Assembly (NCBI GenBank): GCA_963727255.1
Contig: CAVSFC010000001.1
Location: 14,454-78,453, forward strand
Reading direction: 5' to 3'
Source of the DNA: an uncultured bacterium
GTDB lineage: Bacteria > Babelota > Babeliae > Babelales > Vermiphilaceae
DNA length: 64,000 nt
In this document: positions 58,085-64,000 of the stretch, in pieces
Position numbering within the stretch: position 1 is the stretch's first letter
Layout of the letters: each line of letters begins with the position of its first letter
Made by a program: the position numbers and the translations under genes
The notes under the pieces: model-generated
The model's input: the letters and a program-made list of their open reading frames with translations, nothing else
Database searches by the model: none
What the model was told of the DNA's origin: nothing

Positions 58085-59476
58085 ATGATCTCGTACTTGC
58101 AAAAAATCATAAAACCTATTTTTGGCGAATTCGAACAGGAAGAATTTAAAAAATTCCTGAGGATGGGAGCAGTTTTTGCCTTCATCATCGGTTCCTACTG
58201 GACGCTAAGACCACTCAAAAAAGCGATCTTTTGCACCCTCGTTGGCGCATCTGATACCCCGATTGCAAAAATGGGCTCATTAATTTTTCTTATTCCTATC
58301 CTCATGATCTATACCAAGATGATCGACCGCTACAAAAAGGAAAAAACTTTTTATATCATTTCAGGCATTTATGGAATTTTAGCAGTAATTTTCACCCTTT
58401 TGCTTGCCTATGTTCCCACATCAAATGAATCATGCAAGCTTATGATTTCAGGCTGGAGTATTAGCGGTGCCACACTTTTGGGATATGCATTCTATATGTT
58501 TGTTGAAACGTATGGCTCCATGATTCCGGCATTATTCTGGTCAATCGCTGCCGATACGACTGCCCCTGATTCTGCAAAAAAGGGGTTTTCTTTCATTGTA
58601 GCAATCGCACAATTTGGCGGCATTGTCGGGCCATTTATTATTGCAAGTTTGCCCCGAAGGCTCGGCCTGCAAACCAGCGCACTCTCATTGTTTATTTGCG
58701 CAATCACCATTGCACTTTCTATGTACTTTTTATATCGTTTTTTTAACAACACGCCGAATCATCTGCTCATATCATTCCATGGGTCCAATGAAAAAAAACA
58801 AGAAGCACATCAAGAACCGGGATTTTTTGAAGGGCTAAAACTTCTAATCTCCCATAAATATCTGCTCGGCATTTTCGCTGTCGTCGCATTCCCTGAGATC
58901 ATCACCGCTATTTTTGATCAGCACTTTGATACACTCGCTTCGGCTCAATACACCGGGACGGCACTGACCGAATATTTGGGCATCTATGCAAGTGCGGTTA
59001 ATATTATCGCATTTACATTCTTAATCTGCGGAATTGGCAATATTACTCGAGTTTTTGGCTTGGGCATCTCATTGGTGCTCATGCCAATCCTTTATGCCGC
59101 GGCAACACTCGGATTTATAACTCTGAACAGCCTTACCTTCTTATTCGGATTAATGGCAAGCTCGAAAGCAATCAACTATGCGCTCAATGGCCCAGCAATT
59201 AAGCAACTCTATATTCCGACAACCCATGATGTTCGCTTAAAAGCACAAGCATGGATTGAATCATTCGGATCCCGGGGATCAAAGCTTTCCGGCGGTGGTG
59301 TTAACTTGGGCCTCAAGCCATTGCAGAATAAACTTGGCGCAGTTGCAGGGCGCGCGCAACATGCCATCTATGCGAGCTATCTCATGTTCGGATTAATCTT
59401 CTGCTGGTTCTTTATTGCGCTTTTTCTGGGTAGAAAACATAAGCAAGCAATTGCAGATAAAAAAATGGTTTGCTAA
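58085..59476 (+). CDS. Npt1/Npt2 (TLC) family nucleotide translocase
   Basis: YWTLRPLK, FWS.A, AKK.F, K.INYALN.P..QLYIP..KA..IE.FGSR; multi-TM. Confidence 0.88.
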   Translation: MISYLQKIIKPIFGEFEQEEFKKFLRMGAVFAFIIGSYWTLRPLKKAIFCTLVGASDTPIAKMGSLIFLIPILMIYTKMIDRYKKEKTFYIISGIYGILAVIFTLLLAYVPTSNESCKLMISGWSISGATLLGYAFYMFVETYGSMIPALFWSIAADTTAPDSAKKGFSFIVAIAQFGGIVGPFIIASLPRRLGLQTSALSLFICAITIALSMYFLYRFFNNTPNHLLISFHGSNEKKQEAHQEPGFFEGLKLLISHKYLLGIFAVVAFPEIITAIFDQHFDTLASAQYTGTALTEYLGIYASAVNIIAFTFLICGIGNITRVFGLGISLVLMPILYAAATLGFITLNSLTFLFGLMASSKAINYALNGPAIKQLYIPTTHDVRLKAQAWIESFGSRGSKLSGGGVNLGLKPLQNKLGAVAGRAQHAIYASYLMFGLIFCWFFIALFLGRKHKQAIADKKMVC

Positions 59477-59485
59477 AGATTAGAA

Positions 59486-59520
59486 TGAGCGCACTCATAA
59501 ATAGCGAGTGCGCTCAAAAA
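59486..59520. terminator. Hairpin between convergent genes
   Basis: TGAGCGCACTC-9 nt-GAGTGCGCTCA. Confidence 0.7.
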
Positions 59521-59825
59521 TTATTTAGTTTTCGATTCAGCTATTGCAACAAGCGTCTCTCCCCAAATAACCCAGGCACACTTTGCTATGATTTCTTCGC
59601 GGCAGGCATTAAGAAATTCCCGTTCCAAAACAGTTTTTTCTCTTTTTTAACAATGCGCTCATGATTTTCATTTATGATTTTTTGGCCTGCCGCGCTTATC
59701 GTATACATTTTCTCATTTTTCTTGCGAAGCAAATCAGCTATTTGCTCAGCACTGCTATGCGCATTACAAGAAAAAAAGACCATTAGGCTATTGATGATCA
59801 GATAATATCTATTTTTAAATTGCAT
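59521..59825 (-). pseudogene. Small secreted protein, probably frameshifted
   Basis: The frame from 59825 stops at 59586; an overlapping frame (59521-59646) reads EKTVLEREFLNACREEIIAKCAWVIWGETLVAIAESKTK*; the switch falls in A6 runs. Confidence 0.55.
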
Positions 59826-59983
59826 AAATCTTCCTTTGATCAGAGTTGCATGATCAAAGATGATAATTTTATATGAAGTTTTCATAATTAAAACTTAAAA
59901 ATTTTTCTAGATCTTACATAATTTTGATATATGCTAATCGACTAAGTTTTACATCTAACTATTTCAACTCAAGGCGGTACCAT

Positions 59984-61603
59984 ATGAAATACTCATCAAA
60001 TTTTCACTTTTTTTCTTTAATGCTCATTCTGCCATCAATTTTATTGATAGCAATGAATAATCATTTATCTGCGCAAGAAAATGATAATAGGATTAAACGA
60101 TTTGAACGAATTGAACTTCTGCTGCAAAATGTGCCTACATGTGAAGAAGATGTTGATGCTGATTTAAGATATAAATTATTGATTCAAAATCAAAATTTAT
60201 CTTCACGAAAATTTCCTATTTATCCGTATAAAAAAGCATTAGATTTTTGTGATAAATTAGCAATAGACGATGCTTATGAAAACTGTCCTACCACACTTAA
60301 AGATGAACTTGATAAAATTGCGACTAATGCAAAAAGGAAATCCCAGAATCCAGAAATTTGCAAAGAATTGATCAATCGCATTATTCTTTATGGACCATCA
60401 GGAAGTGGCAAAACAACGCTTGCATATGCGACAGCTTATCATTGTAAACTTCCTTTTTCATTTGTGAAAGCACCTGAATTAGCGGATCGGTTTAAAGATT
60501 CAAGCCCTATAATTATTAATGATCTTATCGGGTCTTTTGTTAGGAGTAAGCAACCTAGCCTTATTATTATAGATGAGGCAACCGCTTTTATAAAAAAAAT
60601 TAAAAATCAAAATGATGGGGACACTGGGGCCGTTGAAGAATTATGGATGACATTAGATGAAGCCCAATCTCTTAATCCAAACCTTATAGTTATTTTAACC
60701 GCAAATAAACTTAAATATTTTCCTAAAACATTTTTTACACGTTTTGGTGGGTGCCGAACTAAGATAGATTTACCCACTGCCGCCCGTAGGCTAACCATAA
60801 TAAATAAAATTTTTAACAAATTTGGCAGCACAGATAAAGATTTAATAGAAAAAACTGCCGATTATACGAGCGTTTTATCTCTACGAGAAGTTAGTATGGC
60901 CTTGTATAGAGCCCGCGGAAATGCACGAATTCGATGCGAAAATCAAAATATACCTCTTAAAATCACAGCTGTAGATATTCAGAAAGCCTTAAGGCCTTTT
61001 CTAGAGGAACACAATCAAGATGTTTGGGAAAAGCGCAAGAAGGTACTTATTAATGGATTAAAAAACTCTGCTCCTTATATTTTACAAGCAGCATTATTTG
61101 CAGGAGGATCATTTTTGGCATGGAGACTTTCTAAACTGCAAGCTGAACAAGCCCAGAAAAATCATGATGAAAGTATTAATTTACAACTCATGCAACAAGT
61201 GAATAATGAAACTGTATCAGAGTATTATCACCAAGAATCAATGACGCAAGCTAACAATCATCATAAGCAATCTCTCGGTCTACAAATAGAATTACATAAT
61301 GACGCGCATAGTTGGACCAACATTTTGAAGCAAGCTGCTGGGACAGTGATAGGCATCACAGGAGGAGCACTAATAGTTGGGCTTGGCACGGTAGTTGCCC
61401 CTCACGTTGCAGCGCTTGGCATTTCAACTGCAGGCATCACGGCAGGTTCAGTGGCTTCTGCTGCAACCATAGGCGCTTTAGCAACTGGAACTAATTTAAC
61501 ATCTGCGGTAGAAGGATTGGACGATGCATCAAGAGGGGTAGCTATAACTAAAAACTTAATGCAATTATCTTCGGTTTCTGTTAGTCGCGTTCCTGTCCAA
61601 TAA
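59984..61603 (+). CDS. AAA+ ATPase with signal peptide and C-terminal membrane segments
   Basis: LYGPSGSGKT, IIIDEA, TAN..TRF; probable start 59984. Confidence 0.85.
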   Translation: MKYSSNFHFFSLMLILPSILLIAMNNHLSAQENDNRIKRFERIELLLQNVPTCEEDVDADLRYKLLIQNQNLSSRKFPIYPYKKALDFCDKLAIDDAYENCPTTLKDELDKIATNAKRKSQNPEICKELINRIILYGPSGSGKTTLAYATAYHCKLPFSFVKAPELADRFKDSSPIIINDLIGSFVRSKQPSLIIIDEATAFIKKIKNQNDGDTGAVEELWMTLDEAQSLNPNLIVILTANKLKYFPKTFFTRFGGCRTKIDLPTAARRLTIINKIFNKFGSTDKDLIEKTADYTSVLSLREVSMALYRARGNARIRCENQNIPLKITAVDIQKALRPFLEEHNQDVWEKRKKVLINGLKNSAPYILQAALFAGGSFLAWRLSKLQAEQAQKNHDESINLQLMQQVNNETVSEYYHQESMTQANNHHKQSLGLQIELHNDAHSWTNILKQAAGTVIGITGGALIVGLGTVVAPHVAALGISTAGITAGSVASAATIGALATGTNLTSAVEGLDDASRGVAITKNLMQLSSVSVSRVPVQ

Positions 61604-61613
61604 TGTCCAATAT

Positions 61614-62069
61614 TCACGCATTAAAAATTCGTTGCTTAATTTTTATAGCATCAATGCGTTTTTGAGTAATTGAAACAACATATTCATGTTGGTTATTGCG
61701 TCCTGTGATTCCACATAAAAGAATTGAAAGAACCGCAATGGGAGGCCAAATTCCGTCTCTCTCATACCTATAATCATTTCCATAAAAAACAATCAGGTAG
61801 AATAATGGTATAAGACCCAAAAGTCCTAAAGCCCCACTGAGAGAGTGGGGCCTCGGACGAAGCTCATCAATTAGAATCCCACGATTTATTTCTTCGATTA
61901 TTTCTTGGGCTAAATCTAAAAATTGCGATTTAGCATTTGCTGGTAGAGAATGTTTTTTTAATATTTGCTCAATCACTTGTAAATTTGTTTCCAATATAGC
62001 TTTTTCGAGTTGACTTTGAGCGATAAGGTTTATCGAAAAAAGAAATGCTATAAATAATAAATTTTTCAT
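61614..62069 (-). CDS. Secreted/membrane hypothetical protein
   Basis: Probable start 62069; signal peptide plus two TM segments. Confidence 0.7.
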   Translation of the reverse strand: MKNLLFIAFLFSINLIAQSQLEKAILETNLQVIEQILKKHSLPANAKSQFLDLAQEIIEEINRGILIDELRPRPHSLSGALGLLGLIPLFYLIVFYGNDYRYERDGIWPPIAVLSILLCGITGRNNQHEYVVSITQKRIDAIKIKQRIFNA

Positions 62070-62123
62070 ATAATTTCTCATACTTTCTATTATTAATTTA
62101 GATAACAACCACTAGTTTTTTTA

Positions 62124-62342
62124 TTACTCATCATTGTTAACCAACAAGTGCAAAACCAAGTGTTGTCTTATGTCTTCATGTAATTTTTCTCTCAAGCATT
62201 CATAATGACACCAAAAAGTTTGGTTCTTTTGATAAGATTCTTCCTTATCCCAATTTATAAGAACATTTAATTCAGTTGGATTAATATTGCTAGATTCAAC
62301 TTTTTTATTGCAAAAACAACAAGTAAAGCCTACATTATTCAT
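62124..62342 (-). CDS. Small Cys/His protein, putative immunity protein
   Basis: TAATG coupling with the upstream toxin-like gene; CCFC...CHYECL. Confidence 0.6.
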   Translation of the reverse strand: MNNVGFTCCFCNKKVESSNINPTELNVLINWDKEESYQKNQTFWCHYECLREKLHEDIRQHLVLHLLVNNDE

Positions 62343-63925
62343 TAAAATTCCCACCCGTAATTTTTACCTAAATTAATTAAATCGTTTTTATTAATATGTC
62401 GCAAAGCAGTTACTACTCTTTCTGTTTCCTGATTATAAACAATAAAATTATATTCTCCATTTCCTAAATCTTTTATAAATGCTTTTGCACCATCTGTTTG
62501 TAACTTTATAAAATTAGGAATCTTAACTAATTCGTAAATTTCTTGTCCCGAAAAGCCTCGCGCTATAAGTTGCTCTAATCCATGTTTTGTAACCTTAATA
62601 ACGCTAGTAATCTCTTCGATTCTCAAAGCATTTTTTAGTTGTTCATATTGATTTATACATGATGCTGGACACTCGGTATTAATCACTTCCAAAGGAACTG
62701 CGCTGGACCCATTAATAGGCTGCATCTCACTAAGCACAGCAGTTTCACTAGCCTGCGCAGTAGCTTTTATTTCAATCCCTTCTGCCGTGATGGTTATCAA
62801 AGATTCAGCTTTTTGCGTTGCCGAGACTTCTCGTGCTAATAAAGCAACCTCCTCGCTAATTGCTGCACTTGCTGCTCCAGCCAAAGAACCTACTTCGTTT
62901 AATAAGACTGCTTCTGTGGCAAACTGAGATAGTTCTTTGCTAACTCCTCGTAAGCCAATTTCAGCAACATGCTTCTTAATCCCATCAACCGCATTATTAA
63001 GAGCCTCGATTCCCAATGGGATCATTTGGCTTGGAGGTACATCTAAGAGAAGCGTCTCACATCCTTTAAGCGAATAGTTAATCACAGAAACAAGTGAAGC
63101 CGTGAGTTGATATGCACTTTGCCATGGATGTTCAGCCATATGAATAACATTGCCAACTCCCGCAGCAATTCCTTCAAGTGAACCTATTCCCACTTTTACC
63201 ATTGATTCTTGAATAAAAGTCAAAGCCCGATGAGCCATTGTGGAAAGATTTATTGAGCTTTGATAGTCCCTTACTTGTAAAAAAGAATGAGCCAACACAT
63301 TCGATTTATTCGCAACTTCAAATAAATTATTATGGGATGCCCTGACCCCTTCGTAATGTAACTGGCTAGCAAGTTTGAAATCCTCAAGGATTCCTTGCTT
63401 TATTACATGATGTAATTGATTAGCGATTTTGGTTCCCAAAAAATCGGTTAATCTAAGACCTAGAACATCATGCATATAAATGCCGGTACGCGCATCAACT
63501 GAATGATCTAATGCACTATCTATTGGTCCCCTTTGTTCAATATCGCGAATCGCTGTGGTATAATCATTGAATCGCTTTACTAATATCGCATCTCCACCGA
63601 TTTTTGCTATTTGAGTAATATTAATATTCAAAACACCAACTGAAAGCTTGGGTTGTAAAGTTTTTTCTAAATGCATTTCTGCATGAACATCACCGGCAAT
63701 TGTGCGCTGATAGAGAACACCCAGTTTGGCCATTACTGTTTGAATACGTTCCCCCTGAATGCATCCATCGGAAAACGATTTGACATTATCGGCAGCAAAA
63801 TCGATAATTGCTTCTCTAAGGCTATCTTGAAATTTATTAGGCGCGATAAGAGAAAGATCTGGCAAACCTATTAAAAAATCATTTCCATTCCCTAATAACT
63901 GACCGCCGAGGTTCATAACCCCCAA
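62342..63925 (-). CDS. Polymorphic toxin-like protein with C-terminal colicin E5/DUF4258-like RNase domain
   Basis: Pre-toxin-like GIAAGVGNVIHMAEHPWQS; tip VTKHGLEQLIARGFS..QTDG..IVYN..RVVT; 5' end uncertain. Confidence 0.65.
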   Translation of the reverse strand: MGVMNLGGQLLGNGNDFLIGLPDLSLIAPNKFQDSLREAIIDFAADNVKSFSDGCIQGERIQTVMAKLGVLYQRTIAGDVHAEMHLEKTLQPKLSVGVLNINITQIAKIGGDAILVKRFNDYTTAIRDIEQRGPIDSALDHSVDARTGIYMHDVLGLRLTDFLGTKIANQLHHVIKQGILEDFKLASQLHYEGVRASHNNLFEVANKSNVLAHSFLQVRDYQSSINLSTMAHRALTFIQESMVKVGIGSLEGIAAGVGNVIHMAEHPWQSAYQLTASLVSVINYSLKGCETLLLDVPPSQMIPLGIEALNNAVDGIKKHVAEIGLRGVSKELSQFATEAVLLNEVGSLAGAASAAISEEVALLAREVSATQKAESLITITAEGIEIKATAQASETAVLSEMQPINGSSAVPLEVINTECPASCINQYEQLKNALRIEEITSVIKVTKHGLEQLIARGFSGQEIYELVKIPNFIKLQTDGAKAFIKDLGNGEYNFIVYNQETERVVTALRHINKNDLINLGKNYGWEF

Positions 63926-64000
63926 AATGCGTGATGATGAAGCTTATTACTACCGGAGCAGCCCGTCTGCAAATACCGAACAAAACGTTCAACTTGAAAC

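Noticed and set aside
1..64000. Integron or CRISPR explanation of the cassette-like layout
   Set aside because: No tyrosine recombinase, attC-like sites, cas genes or repeat-spacer array seen; cargo lies on both strands.

Overview
AT-rich accessory region of a bacterium that is probably an intracellular parasite of protists. An Npt/TLC nucleotide translocase, ankyrin/F-box/BC-box proteins, four DUF2608 paralogues and many signal-peptide proteins fit Candidatus Babelota (Dependentiae/TM6); the taxonomy is inference. Most of the window is two pairs of diverged tandem scaffolds. A/A' (about 1-9.4 kb and 20.2-25.3 kb) runs racemase, His-phosphatase, APH, hypothetical, GNAT. B/B' (about 29.6-39.6 kb and 41.2-55.0 kb) runs APC permease, DUF2608, secreted genes, FlaR-like kinase, CYTH. 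The anchor genes keep their order, the cargo between them differs completely, and several anchors share 200-410 bp identical patches. The cargo is mostly candidate host effectors; about 17 have a signal peptide followed by a new Met (mostly ME/MQ/MD). Also present: an IS982 that splits an F-box-like gene, a 1926-aa CdiA-like protein with a cysteine-peptidase-like tip, a toxin-antitoxin pair, a probable RNase toxin/immunity pair, two frameshifted genes and a deletion-truncated ABC gene. I saw no rRNA, tRNA, CRISPR array or integrase. Family assignments come from motifs read by eye, not database searches.
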